Position numbers and translations under genes: made by a program. From positions 128,001-192,000 of IMG/VR virus record IMGVR_UViG_3300012979_000027: a stretch of DNA of 64,000 bases; one strand, 5' to 3'. This DNA comes from a virus. Its lineage: Duplodnaviria; Caudoviricetes. Below the pieces are notes generated by a model. The model was not told where the DNA came from and made no database searches. It saw nothing but the letters and a program-made list of their open reading frames with translations. This document shows, piece after piece, positions 29,345-38,836 of the stretch (position 1 is its first letter; the number at the start of each line of letters is the position of its first letter).

Positions 29345-29628
29345 TCTTTCTTAGTTGTTACATGATTTATTTGAACTTTATTAATTTTATTTTCACTATC
29401 ATGAACATTAACTGTCAAAATACCGTTATTTTCATCTAAATTATAGTCTATGACATCATTTTCCACATAATCATAGGCCAAAAATAGAGAACCAATAACA
29501 ACAAGAATAATAGGAATAAAATTAACAGCCGACGCATCCGATTCCAATGCTATAATAGGATATATAATAAACCCACCTATACCAAAAATTATCGTTAGAA
29601 TACAAAAAAATGCAAGTAAAAAGCTCAT
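29329..29628 (-). CDS. two-TM membrane protein
   Basis: Same architecture as neighbour. Confidence 0.65.
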   Translation of the reverse strand: MSFLLAFFCILTIIFGIGGFIIYPIIALESDASAVNFIPIILVVIGSLFLAYDYVENDVIDYNLDENNGILTVNVHDSENKINKVQINHVTTKKEWKFF

Positions 29629-29924
29629 AACTTCATCAATACTTTAGATTCTTCTATAAATTCACATCTATCTTTATCCATATCTGCAGTAAAGAACTCA
29701 ACATCAGTGTGTCTGTTAAGAATTTTACCGAAAATATCACAAAAACTCCTATTTGAATCCTTTAAATGTGTATGTTGCCAAAGATATTCAGCTACACACT
29801 CAGCAACTATATTTCTAAGGCTACAATCAAACTCATCAATTTGCTCTGCTAATTCATAACCCTGCTCAGTGAACTGATCTTTATCATTGAGGTTATTTCT
29901 TTCAAGAATGATTTCGTGCTTCAT
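29625..29924 (-). CDS. hypothetical protein
   Basis: ORF track. Confidence 0.65.
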   Translation of the reverse strand: MKHEIILERNNLNDKDQFTEQGYELAEQIDEFDCSLRNIVAECVAEYLWQHTHLKDSNRSFCDIFGKILNRHTDVEFFTADMDKDRCEFIEESKVLMKL

Positions 29925-29926
29925 GA

Positions 29927-30058
29927 TTAATTTTCAGTTTCTTTTTGCTGTATTTCTCTATAATCATCAAGTTCATCGTCTGCATCACTAGCAACTCGAA
30001 GAATTGCCCAAGTTGAAACTGATACTATAATAATAGCTAAAGATATAAGAATCCGCAT
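29927..30058 (-). CDS. 43-aa single-TM protein (not in track)
   Basis: MRILISLAIIIVSVSTWAILRVASDADDELDDYREIQQKETEN, downstream of AGAAC motif. Confidence 0.55.
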   Translation of the reverse strand: MRILISLAIIIVSVSTWAILRVASDADDELDDYREIQQKETEN

Positions 30059-30134
30059 AAGATAATATTTTTATATTTCAGTTCTAATACAAATAAAGTC
30101 AGGTTTAGCTTTAGGAATTATTTGGTAATCACAT

Positions 30135-30410
30135 TCAACAGTTTTCTTCATATTTTATATCCGAATAAGACTTAAGATATAGTTTAAGGTATCTTCTATC
30201 GTTATAAAATTCATGCTCAGACTTGGTATGAATAAGTTCGTAACTGACAGCATCAGTCCATTCGTGATACCAATCTTTCCCATCTTTACAATAAGCCTTA
30301 TACTCAACAAAAACCGTTTCCTCAAGGTCTTTGTCACTCATAGTATTCAAAATCTCTTTTAGTTCTTTATAAGTAAGACTATGATTTTCTTCAATAACTT
30401 CTTCAATCAT
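30135..30410 (-). CDS. hypothetical protein
   Basis: ORF track. Confidence 0.65.
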   Translation of the reverse strand: MIEEVIEENHSLTYKELKEILNTMSDKDLEETVFVEYKAYCKDGKDWYHEWTDAVSYELIHTKSEHEFYNDRRYLKLYLKSYSDIKYEENC

Positions 30411-30637
30411 AATTCTTTAAAAAATTGTATAGTGTGAGTTACATTACCAAAATTCCAATGATACTTACCACATCTTTTAGGCTGTTTATCTCTGTTTATT
30501 TTGATTTCTCGTTTGCTTTCACCACCAAGTGTCTGAACATAAAAATAGAAAGTATCATTCATGAAAAATGCAGGTTGACCATAACACTTTATGATGTCTG
30601 CTTCTTCACAGAGTTCTATAAAAGTTTTATCTTTCAT
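30407..30637 (-). CDS. hypothetical protein
   Basis: N-terminus MKDKTFIELCEEADII resembles the 37697 ORF. Confidence 0.65.
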   Translation of the reverse strand: MKDKTFIELCEEADIIKCYGQPAFFMNDTFYFYVQTLGGESKREIKINRDKQPKRCGKYHWNFGNVTHTIQFFKEL

Positions 30638-30640
30638 AAC

Positions 30641-30931
30641 TTAATCGTAATCATAATAAGGTTTAGTAAACTTCCAGATAATATCGAGGTATTTCATAAA
30701 CGATTCTCTATCTCCTATGAATGAAATTGTATAACCATCCATCTTAAACCATTTGTCATGACGAAAAACCGCAGTATACACCCTACCATAAGTTCCAAAA
30801 CCTGGCCAACAACTATAACGAACACTCTTATCAAACTCCTCAAATTTATCCTGTAACTCTATTAGAGTTACATCTTTATCAGAATTCTTAAAATGTTCGA
30901 GTATGAAGTATTCTTCATTTAGTTTTCGCAT
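30641..30931 (-). CDS. hypothetical protein
   Basis: ORF track. Confidence 0.65.
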   Translation of the reverse strand: MRKLNEEYFILEHFKNSDKDVTLIELQDKFEEFDKSVRYSCWPGFGTYGRVYTAVFRHDKWFKMDGYTISFIGDRESFMKYLDIIWKFTKPYYDYD

Positions 30932-30934
30932 GTT

Positions 30935-31243
30935 TTACAAATGTGCTATACAATTTCTAGGATTTAGCCCAGGATTGAACCTATACATTTCTACTGTAGG
31001 TCTTGAAGCCATAAAATAACACGGCTTCCCATCATACTTAAAATTAAGAGTGAAAATAGTTCCAATATCACTATTGGTTATCTTTTCAAAATCAAATACT
31101 CCAAATTCATCAGTAAAAACCTCATCTTTTTCTTTATTGTATTTGACCTTGTATCTTTTCTTCCCTGATACAAATTCAATATTCCACATCCCTTCCTTAT
31201 AAAGGTCAACAATAGTCTTTTTTATCAATCTGTTGGGTATCAT
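30935..31243 (-). CDS. hypothetical protein
   Basis: ORF track. Confidence 0.65.
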   Translation of the reverse strand: MIPNRLIKKTIVDLYKEGMWNIEFVSGKKRYKVKYNKEKDEVFTDEFGVFDFEKITNSDIGTIFTLNFKYDGKPCYFMASRPTVEMYRFNPGLNPRNCIAHL

Positions 31244-31255
31244 AATCAGCTTAGT

Positions 31256-32464
31256 TTATTCGTAATTTCTAACCTCTATCATCTTGCCAAAGCGGGGAAC
31301 ACCGCCCCTGCCATCTTTCATAGGAGTAAGTTCTTGATATTTGATAGTGGCAAGTTTTCCTACATACTCATTACGGTTTTCGTAAAGGTTTCTTGCATAG
31401 TCTTGTGTTCCTGTAACCCCTGCTTTGAATTGCTCACCATTATCCGTCTCACAAATAACAGCAGCAGCAATTCCCTTCAAATTGCCCTTACCCTCTTCAA
31501 AATCAACAATCTTGTATTCAGTATCCTTAAACTTTTTGTATTTGAGCATATCAAAGGAGCGTCCAAAGAAATAAGGAACATCCTTTTTGAGCATAATACC
31601 TTCGTAACCACGATTTACCATGACCTTAATGTAATATTCGACCAAAGTCTCGTTATATACTTCATTAGATGATTCTAACTTCCAACCACCAATAAAGTAA
31701 TGAACCCAACCAGGCCCAACAAGATAAAAACTATCTTTGTTCACATCATCCAAATGATGACCCACCCATCCATTCTGTTCAAAGATGTCCACCAATCTTG
31801 TCTTACGCTCTAGGTAAAGCAACTGTGGCTCAGATGGATAATAACTGTCAAAACAATGATACTGAACCAACTTGGCACTTTCTTCCAAATCTTCAGGCTT
31901 AGGCTTGGTCTTCTTCACAAGACTTACTATCTTGTTGAAATCATCCTTTAACTCATGATTATACAACTCACCATCAAGAATAGCATCAGGGTAAGTCTCA
32001 AAGAACTTCTTTACAAATTCATTCTCTTTAATGTGAGGACAACTTACAAACTCCTTATGTCCTCTACTGAACATACGAATTTCACCATCTACTAATTTTA
32101 TATATGAGCGCAGGCCATCAAGTTTGGGCTCTACAATGTAAGGAAAGTCTAACTTACCCTTTTCTTGTCTATCGGGGTATTTGTCTGCAAGACTTACCTC
32201 AAATCGTTTCTCTTCACTAGGAATGTCATAAGAATAACCATGGTCAATCTGATATTGAACCTTAGATGATACTTCATTCAAAACCTGTTGTTCAATACTC
32301 GTCTCATTAGCCTTACCTACATTTTTTTGTTCTACATAAGTAGGTGAAGTTTGAATTTTCTTACCGTCGCATCTGCCGCTAATAGTCCAATAACTCACAT
32401 TATCATGGTCAATAGACCATTCAAGTAAATTACCCTTTTTATCTCTCTTATAAAGTTTAGTCAT
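31256..32464 (-). CDS. ATP-dependent DNA ligase
   Basis: EPKLDGLR, LDGELY, FD, EGIMLK, LKYKKF, VPRF. Confidence 0.95.
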   Translation of the reverse strand: MTKLYKRDKKGNLLEWSIDHDNVSYWTISGRCDGKKIQTSPTYVEQKNVGKANETSIEQQVLNEVSSKVQYQIDHGYSYDIPSEEKRFEVSLADKYPDRQEKGKLDFPYIVEPKLDGLRSYIKLVDGEIRMFSRGHKEFVSCPHIKENEFVKKFFETYPDAILDGELYNHELKDDFNKIVSLVKKTKPKPEDLEESAKLVQYHCFDSYYPSEPQLLYLERKTRLVDIFEQNGWVGHHLDDVNKDSFYLVGPGWVHYFIGGWKLESSNEVYNETLVEYYIKVMVNRGYEGIMLKKDVPYFFGRSFDMLKYKKFKDTEYKIVDFEEGKGNLKGIAAAVICETDNGEQFKAGVTGTQDYARNLYENRNEYVGKLATIKYQELTPMKDGRGGVPRFGKMIEVRNYE

Positions 32465-32525
32465 TAGTCAATGATACATTAGTTCTGTTACTTTGTCCCA
32501 CGTATAGTGTCTATGCGCTTATTCT

Positions 32526-32717
32526 TCATTTTTCACTTGGCATATCACCCATAAAATCATAATTCATAAACTTTTTCACAATGTCATACACCATGAACTT
32601 ATGAACTAACTTCACAACATTTTCCATTTCTTCCTTTTTCTTTTTGGTGGAAGGAGTGTAATTGTGGGTGAAGTAATTATGCTTATTCTTCCCTCTCTTT
32701 GTATAAAAATTGGTCAT
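32526..32717 (-). CDS. hypothetical protein
   Basis: ORF track. Confidence 0.5.
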   Translation of the reverse strand: MTNFYTKRGKNKHNYFTHNYTPSTKKKKEEMENVVKLVHKFMVYDIVKKFMNYDFMGDMPSEK

Positions 32718-32730
32718 ATTAATTATTCAT

Positions 32731-32964
32731 TCAAGATGTTAAAGTTTCATCATCAACTTCCTCAATAGTCACATTTTTATAGCCTTGATTAATAATGTAA
32801 TTTTTATAAAATTCAACTCTTCTCAGTTCTTCTTCGGAAGGATTTTTGGAAATAGGAATGATACATGAGGTGTTCTCGTCAGTCGTGAATTCTTGTATAG
32901 TCTCTCTACACACCTCTTCAACTGTACCATTCGTTCCAATTTTGTATAAAACCATGTCGCTCAT
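32731..32964 (-). CDS. hypothetical protein
   Basis: ORF track. Confidence 0.6.
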   Translation of the reverse strand: MSDMVLYKIGTNGTVEEVCRETIQEFTTDENTSCIIPISKNPSEEELRRVEFYKNYIINQGYKNVTIEEVDDETLTS

Positions 32965-32968
32965 ACGC

Positions 32969-33487
32969 TTATTGTTCTAAATATTCCTTCAATGTTCCGT
33001 TTTCGTATTTTTCAAGAATTTCTTTGCAAAATTCCATCATTCTTTTATCTCGTTTCAACTCAAACTCCTCATTTAGTTTCTGCATCGCCACTTCATACGT
33101 ATATTGTCTAAGTTCTCCACTAGCACAGTATTTGAAGAGTTTCATTATAGTATCTATCCTATCAAGATTTGCTTGTAATTCTTCTTGAAATTTTTCTGTA
33201 TCTTTGGGGTCATGATGAATCTTTGTACCACATTTCTCTAGTACTCGTAATGTAAGTTTGAAATCTTCATCCTCACAATCATCAATAGAACAATTCACAA
33301 AAAAGACTTCATCTGCAGTCAATCCACATGCAGTGCTTGAATTCATCAAACCTAACTTATACATAGTGCTACCGGCTCTGAACCCCTCATAATGGCGTTC
33401 CAAACGGTTCATACTTTCACGCCTATACCTAAAAAGGTCATCATAATCTTTAAAACAAAGTAAAATAGTCTTTTTAATTTCGCTCAT
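32969..33487 (-). CDS. hypothetical protein
   Basis: ORF track. Confidence 0.65.
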   Translation of the reverse strand: MSEIKKTILLCFKDYDDLFRYRRESMNRLERHYEGFRAGSTMYKLGLMNSSTACGLTADEVFFVNCSIDDCEDEDFKLTLRVLEKCGTKIHHDPKDTEKFQEELQANLDRIDTIMKLFKYCASGELRQYTYEVAMQKLNEEFELKRDKRMMEFCKEILEKYENGTLKEYLEQ

Positions 33488-33496
33488 GCGCTTATT

Positions 33497-33955
33497 TCAC
33501 CATTTTTTCAGAATTTCAAGATTTCTTTTATCTGCCTTTTCAGCATCAGTTAGATTTCTTTCTTTCTCACACTGTTCCAAATATCTATAATGAACCTTGA
33601 AATCATTATTACATTCAAACCCTCTTTCTTTAACCATCTCAATCAACGAAGGTCCATTACACAACATACCTGTAGTTTCAATCCATCCTCTAAGACGTTT
33701 AGGATTAGGTTTAGGAATAGCACGTTTCATTACTTCATCAACCCATATATCCATCGTTTTATAAGAAAGTTCAAGATTAGGATTTTCTTTCTTTACCATG
33801 TCAAATGCCTCCTCAATTGAGACTTGTGGTAAATCAAGAGGAACATAACCTAACGCATACCTTGCTTCGTTTTCAGTAATATCATGTTTATTCATGAAAT
33901 CTTCCACCTCTTTACGCTGATTAGGGCTGAGGGGATAACCGGTGACATCTCTCAT
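33497..33955 (-). CDS. hypothetical protein
   Basis: ORF with AGAAC-N5-TATAAT upstream. Confidence 0.7.
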   Translation of the reverse strand: MRDVTGYPLSPNQRKEVEDFMNKHDITENEARYALGYVPLDLPQVSIEEAFDMVKKENPNLELSYKTMDIWVDEVMKRAIPKPNPKRLRGWIETTGMLCNGPSLIEMVKERGFECNNDFKVHYRYLEQCEKERNLTDAEKADKRNLEILKKW

Positions 33956-33961
33956 AATTCA

Positions 33962-33977
33962 ATTATATGACTGTTCT
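33962..33977 (-). promoter_or_regulatory. AGAAC-N5-TATAAT motif (example of ~16 copies)
   Basis: AGAAC AGTCA TATAAT shortly before ATG 33955. Confidence 0.7.
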
Positions 33978-34033
33978 AAAAGCTACCAAAGATAAAAATA
34001 AAAAATCCCAAGAAAAACTTGGGGATGAAATTA

Positions 34034-34486
34034 TTACAAAATAACTCTGATTTTCAAATCATTTTTGCCAAGATAACGCAAAACATCAATAAGAGTCAGC
34101 AAACAAGCACAAAACTTATCACAAAGCCCCGTCTTATACTCTACTTCTGAACGAATTACACGATAAGCGAATTCATGAAGTGTTTCAGGATGCGGATAAA
34201 ATTTATGAGTTCCAATAATCAGGCAGTTACCATTGAACTCTACATTCAAAACACAACCCAAATATTCATCATGATTAGTTAGATTGAAATGAGACAATAC
34301 TGTATCTTCTGTTTCAACAGCAAATGTATTATCAAGCTGGTCAATCCAAACATAACCTGTATTATGCGTAAGGAAATAGGTAAGTTTGTCATATTGGAAT
34401 ACACCAATTTCATCAGCGTTCCATTCACGATTTTTCCAATCCTTACCTGCCCACTCGTCAATTAATTGTTCCATTGTCATAATCAA
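34034..34486 (-). CDS. hypothetical protein
   Basis: ORF track. Confidence 0.65.
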   Translation of the reverse strand: MIMTMEQLIDEWAGKDWKNREWNADEIGVFQYDKLTYFLTHNTGYVWIDQLDNTFAVETEDTVLSHFNLTNHDEYLGCVLNVEFNGNCLIIGTHKFYPHPETLHEFAYRVIRSEVEYKTGLCDKFCACLLTLIDVLRYLGKNDLKIRVIL

Positions 34487-34911
34487 ATAAAATCAGTATC
34501 GGTTAATCTATGAGACTTACCATACTCCTTATCATTGTGGAGGATGATATGCTTGTTTTCCTCAATGTATTCTACCAAACGCTTAAAAGATGGAGATTTT
34601 GCCAAATCTGTTGCTTCATCATCGCCAAATCTTTCACATGAATTGCTATCTTTGTGTAAAATAATGTGATGATTTGTATAAGGCTTTTGGGTGTATGTAT
34701 TTTCGTCAATGTAAGTCAATCTTACATTATATAAACACACACGAACTTCCTTTATGCTACTTTCAACAGAAAAAAGATTTCTAAAATTAATACTCGTAAT
34801 CTTATTTTCACAAGTATTCACGCAGAAATCACCATCTCCTGTAAGTAGCACCTTACTGTCGATAATTTTATTAACTACCTTCTCAACCACTTCTTCATCT
34901 TTCTTTCTCAT
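34483..34911 (-). CDS. hypothetical protein
   Basis: ORF with AGAAC-N5-TATAAT upstream. Confidence 0.7.
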   Translation of the reverse strand: MRKKDEEVVEKVVNKIIDSKVLLTGDGDFCVNTCENKITSINFRNLFSVESSIKEVRVCLYNVRLTYIDENTYTQKPYTNHHIILHKDSNSCERFGDDEATDLAKSPSFKRLVEYIEENKHIILHNDKEYGKSHRLTDTDFI

Positions 34912-34919
34912 ACATCCAA

Positions 34920-35135
34920 TTATATGCCTGTTCTATTTTTTAAATGAGTATAAAACGCCTTTATTGCTTCAACTGCTTCGCCCGCAAAAATAACGTCTTT
35001 ATATAATCTCTTTAACAAGATTTTGTCGCCATTCAACGCAGTTACAACATATGTATCTTCACTTAAGGTAAATTCTTTATCATCATTAATAATTTTATCA
35101 CCTTTCTTTAAAATCTCAGTCTCTACTATTAGCAT
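34920..35135 (-). CDS. hypothetical protein
   Basis: ORF track. Confidence 0.6.
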   Translation of the reverse strand: MLIVETEILKKGDKIINDDKEFTLSEDTYVVTALNGDKILLKRLYKDVIFAGEAVEAIKAFYTHLKNRTGI

Positions 35136-35141
35136 AAAAAA

Positions 35142-35480
35142 TTAAATTTTAATAGAAGATAACTCCATTTCCATTTCCATTATATAATATGAAGTTTCCA
35201 CTTTAGCTTTTTTTCTTTTTGTTTGAATTTCATTAATTTGTGCTTCCAAATTAGAAATGAAATCTTCAACTTTTTTCTCAGTGAGATTATCAAAATTTAT
35301 ATATTTGGAACAGATTTTTTCTTTGCGTTTTGAAGGTTTACCTAACCACATTTCAATATATTCATATTCAAAGCCGGCAGTTAATCTCCCGGACGGGTAC
35401 AACCTAAAATAAAGTTGAAGGCCCTCTTCTGAAAGCTCTTCACGCCTCTTTAACAAATATTCAAAAAGTTTAAACTTCAT
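35142..35480 (-). CDS. hypothetical protein
   Basis: ORF track. Confidence 0.6.
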   Translation of the reverse strand: MKFKLFEYLLKRREELSEEGLQLYFRLYPSGRLTAGFEYEYIEMWLGKPSKRKEKICSKYINFDNLTEKKVEDFISNLEAQINEIQTKRKKAKVETSYYIMEMEMELSSIKI

Positions 35481-35874
35481 TTAAAAATGGTTTTAAAAGA
35501 TTCCATTCAGATTCACTAATAGCACCACAATCATATTTCTCTTGAAGATTATATAAGCACTGTTTCAAATATCGTTCATTATGCCAAGTGCTAAACAAAT
35601 CTTCTTTAAAGCATTTAAAGTTTTTAGGAAAATTGAAATGCTTCCAAAATTTATCTGGTGTTACTTTATAATTTCTGGATTTCATCTCATTTATAATTCT
35701 TTCACTATAATCATAAAAATGTTCAATATCAAAATCTAAAATTTTATTAACAAGAACATGATTAGGCGAACCATTCTTAGTGATATTAGAAGCTATACAA
35801 CAACATTCCCGCCATTGTCCAAGAAGTTGTTGACGCGGAAGAACTGAAATAATATTTTTGTGCCAAAGTCGCAT
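35470..35874 (-). CDS. pyrimidine-dimer DNA glycosylase family (DenV-like)
   Basis: MRLWH...LPRQQLLGQWRECC, EMKSRNYK, HNERYL..C..NL.EK. Confidence 0.85.
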   Translation of the reverse strand: MRLWHKNIISVLPRQQLLGQWRECCCIASNITKNGSPNHVLVNKILDFDIEHFYDYSERIINEMKSRNYKVTPDKFWKHFNFPKNFKCFKEDLFSTWHNERYLKQCLYNLQEKYDCGAISESEWNLLKPFLNEV

Positions 35875-35904
35875 AAAAATATATTATTTCAGTTCTGTTT
35901 GAAA

Positions 35905-36402
35905 TCAAGACAAAATAGCCAACTTACCGAGGCCTTCTTTTTCTAACTTTTTCAAAAGTTCAAATTCAGATTCATCCCAAGCTATTAAACAAGACGCAGC
36001 ATTAGCAGTTGCTTTTTGTGAACCATCGGGACGACAGAACTTCAAACGACCTTTAATAAAGAAAAGATATTTTGCAGTCGGGAAAATATAATCATGCCAA
36101 GCCTTAATATCAGTTCGTGTAAAAAGTAACATTAAACCTGGTCCGTTATATTCCGAAAATTTCTTCAAAAATGGATATGCTTCTGAGCCATAAGGCGGGT
36201 TACACCAAACACGTCCAAACCACTGCTGAATTAATCCATTATCTTCTTTAGTATAATTTATATCTGCACAATCCCAGGGACGAATCGTAGCAGCACAGGG
36301 GTCTAAATCAAAGTGACCCAATTTATCTAACAAGTCACGAGGTGTTAACCAAACGTTTGTAGATTCCTCTGTCTTTACAGTATTAAAAGCTTTAGAATTC
36401 AT
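35905..36402 (-). CDS. phage DNA N6-adenine methyltransferase
   Basis: WLTP, FDLDPCA, NGL...W.G.VWCNPPY, GRLKF. Confidence 0.9.
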   Translation of the reverse strand: MNSKAFNTVKTEESTNVWLTPRDLLDKLGHFDLDPCAATIRPWDCADINYTKEDNGLIQQWFGRVWCNPPYGSEAYPFLKKFSEYNGPGLMLLFTRTDIKAWHDYIFPTAKYLFFIKGRLKFCRPDGSQKATANAASCLIAWDESEFELLKKLEKEGLGKLAILS

Positions 36403-36778
36403 TTATATCCAAGTACTTATTAATCTTCTTCTTTTCACTTTCAGAGCACTCCAAATAACGATGGGCTAAACTATGATACCTAAAAAGTTCATCTCGGCGA
36501 ATCTCTTTAAAAGTATAAACAACAACAGATACTTTGCGAAGATTAGCCATTTCAATGGCATGATATGCTTCTGAAGATATATAAGGAGTTCTGGACTTTA
36601 TTATTTCCTTCTCAAAAGAAGAACTTCTTAAATCAGTAATTACAAAGTCATCATACATTGTGGTATCATCAAGAGAGCGAGAAATGGCCTCACTCATCTG
36701 ATTAAGATTCCCATTATTATCTAAAAGGACGTAAGCATAACAACTACATCCTGAAATTTCGTTAGTGCGTGTACTCAT
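36392..36778 (-). CDS. hypothetical protein
   Basis: ORF track. Confidence 0.65.
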   Translation of the reverse strand: MSTRTNEISGCSCYAYVLLDNNGNLNQMSEAISRSLDDTTMYDDFVITDLRSSSFEKEIIKSRTPYISSEAYHAIEMANLRKVSVVVYTFKEIRRDELFRYHSLAHRYLECSESEKKKINKYLDINEF

Positions 36779-36779
36779 A

Positions 36780-37457
36780 TTAACGAGGATAACGAATTAC
36801 ATCAAACGGACAAACAGAAGGAGCGCTAAAATCTGCAATTGTAGTAGATTCATCGGAAACACACTTATTCTGCTCAGATTCGATAATGATTTCCGCTACA
36901 CGGGCCTTAGTTACGCAGTTAATACGAACCTTACCAATGGCAGCCATACACTCATCAAATTGAGTGTCAATATCAAACCATTCGGTAACAAATTCCTTCT
37001 TATCATTATCCCAATTATTCATTACCATCTTACCATTTGCAGAAAATGCAATAAAATGTTCTTTCTCTTCATCCCACGGACAATGATAGGTCCAAACTCG
37101 GTCAATCTTATGAAGGGTGTCCTTACCGAAGAATACAAGACCCTTCATTTCAGAAGATGCCTTAACAGCATCAAATACCTTAAATTCCCCATTCTCAAAA
37201 AGCTGATTAATATGTGCAACAATTTCCATTGAACGGACAAACATAGCATCACGTTCACGAACCCAAGCTTTCAATACTTTATTAATAGTACGAATAATCT
37301 TTTCCTTCTTAGGAAGTTCCATAAAACGACCACAAGCACAATCATCATCACGATGATGGACAATCAAATCTCCCGTTTGTCCACACGTTCCCTTTTCGCC
37401 GCTGCCTACACTATAAGCCTGACTAAAACACATGCAATTTTTACACTTTGTTTCCAT
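36780..37457 (-). CDS. hypothetical protein with N-terminal Cys-rich motif
   Basis: CKNC...GTC...CAC. Confidence 0.7.
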   Translation of the reverse strand: METKCKNCMCFSQAYSVGSGEKGTCGQTGDLIVHHRDDDCACGRFMELPKKEKIIRTINKVLKAWVRERDAMFVRSMEIVAHINQLFENGEFKVFDAVKASSEMKGLVFFGKDTLHKIDRVWTYHCPWDEEKEHFIAFSANGKMVMNNWDNDKKEFVTEWFDIDTQFDECMAAIGKVRINCVTKARVAEIIIESEQNKCVSDESTTIADFSAPSVCPFDVIRYPR

Positions 37458-37467
37458 ATTCTTTATA

Positions 37468-37704
37468 TTACTTCGTATCTAATTTTCCCAAATAATTATA
37501 TGCAAACTGGATAGCCTTATAAAGGGGTTCCACCTCTTCCATCATATAATGAAGTCGGCGCTTCACTTCATCGTATTCACCATCTTCATAATAGCCTTGG
37601 ATATTATCTACCTCATCTTCGGTTATAACATCAGATTGAGCGAAATTGTTAATCTCATTAATCGCCTTAGTAAATTCCGGATGTTCTTCCCACTTATCAA
37701 TCAT
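37468..37704 (-). CDS. hypothetical protein
   Basis: ORF track. Confidence 0.65.
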   Translation of the reverse strand: MIDKWEEHPEFTKAINEINNFAQSDVITEDEVDNIQGYYEDGEYDEVKRRLHYMMEEVEPLYKAIQFAYNYLGKLDTK

Positions 37705-37939
37705 CGTTTTTAATTTCTTTATAAAATTTAAACTTAAAAATTACAGTACCACGTTTAATAGTATACCATTCTCCATCATAACTAAAATTGTTATCTTCTA
37801 AATCTCCAAGGGCAAGATAATTAAATTCTCCAAGAACACGATAACAAAGTTCATTAGAACTAAGAAGATATTGCAAAATAATGCCGTTCATCTCAATTAA
37901 ATCTGCAGTTTTGCATTTATTGATAAACTTATCTTTCAT
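37697..37939 (-). CDS. hypothetical protein
   Basis: ORF with AGAAC motif upstream. Confidence 0.65.
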   Translation of the reverse strand: MKDKFINKCKTADLIEMNGIILQYLLSSNELCYRVLGEFNYLALGDLEDNNFSYDGEWYTIKRGTVIFKFKFYKEIKNDD

Positions 37940-37963
37940 ACAATGAAAATTATAAATGTTCTG

Positions 37964-38068
37964 TTACTTTAGAAAGCTAGACTTCTTCTCATCATTATGA
38001 GTGCGAATCATAAGAATAATTCCTACACTTATAAAAATAATAAAAAATATTAAAAGGAGATAAATCAT
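37964..38068 (-). CDS. 34-aa single-TM protein (not in track)
   Basis: MIYLLLIFFIIFISVGIILMIRTHNDEKKSSFLK, ATGA-coupled to upstream ORF. Confidence 0.55.
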   Translation of the reverse strand: MIYLLLIFFIIFISVGIILMIRTHNDEKKSSFLK

Positions 38069-38412
38069 AAATTTTGAAAAAATGTTAATTTAGCAATATG
38101 AAAATCACACCATAAAATATCATCTTCATATAGCGAAAGTGTAAGCATATCACTCTTAAATGATAATTTCCAATTAGTAACTAAATTAAGTTGAATTTCA
38201 TTAAAAGAACTTTTAAGAGAATCGACTTCATAATCATATTGAAAAAGAATATTTGAACCAAATTCAGTACCAACTAAAATATTATTACAATAATATCCAA
38301 AATTTGCATCAAGAAAAAGTTTAAAGTCTTTATCAACTTTACCTTTTTCACAAAAATTTTTATCAAATTTGGAAGTATCTTTTAATAAATCTGTAAGTTC
38401 ATAGACAGTCAT
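38065..38412 (-). CDS. hypothetical protein
   Basis: ORF track. Confidence 0.65.
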   Translation of the reverse strand: MTVYELTDLLKDTSKFDKNFCEKGKVDKDFKLFLDANFGYYCNNILVGTEFGSNILFQYDYEVDSLKSSFNEIQLNLVTNWKLSFKSDMLTLSLYEDDILWCDFHIAKLTFFQNL

Positions 38413-38413
38413 A

Positions 38414-38809
38414 TTACATTTTCAGTTTATCTTCATGGTCCCTCAATAGAATAATATCTCTAAATCCATCATCCTTATCAAACCAATCAATAAGAAGTTC
38501 GAGAGGATATGTGTTATGTACTCTAATTTTATACTCAGCGCTTGGCCATTCATTCATCGGAAAACCACCGGCTTCTACAAACTTCCCGTCATGTTTTTCA
38601 TTTTTAGCAAAATAAAGTTGTTTATACCCAGCTTCATTATCCCCATGGTCTTCATCTAAAATTTCTGCTATAGTGAGATACTTTTCTAAACTTGGAGTAC
38701 TAAAAGAATAATTACCTCCATATGCAATAATATACCATTTGACATCTTTCCCTTCATTATTCATAAAATGCCAAAAGGTATCATAAGTTAATTCTTGACC
38801 AACGTACAT
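38414..38809 (-). CDS. hypothetical protein
   Basis: ORF track. Confidence 0.65.
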   Translation of the reverse strand: MYVGQELTYDTFWHFMNNEGKDVKWYIIAYGGNYSFSTPSLEKYLTIAEILDEDHGDNEAGYKQLYFAKNEKHDGKFVEAGGFPMNEWPSAEYKIRVHNTYPLELLIDWFDKDDGFRDIILLRDHEDKLKM

Positions 38810-38836
38810 AATTAATATTATTAAAAATATTTTTAA

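Noticed and set aside
35806-35814. CGG as an obligatory quadruplet or reassigned codon everywhere
   Set aside because: DenV-like TGG CGG GAA must stay in frame at a conserved Arg, and micro-ORF 30058 has ATG CGG ATT in frame, so recoding, if real, is context- or time-dependent
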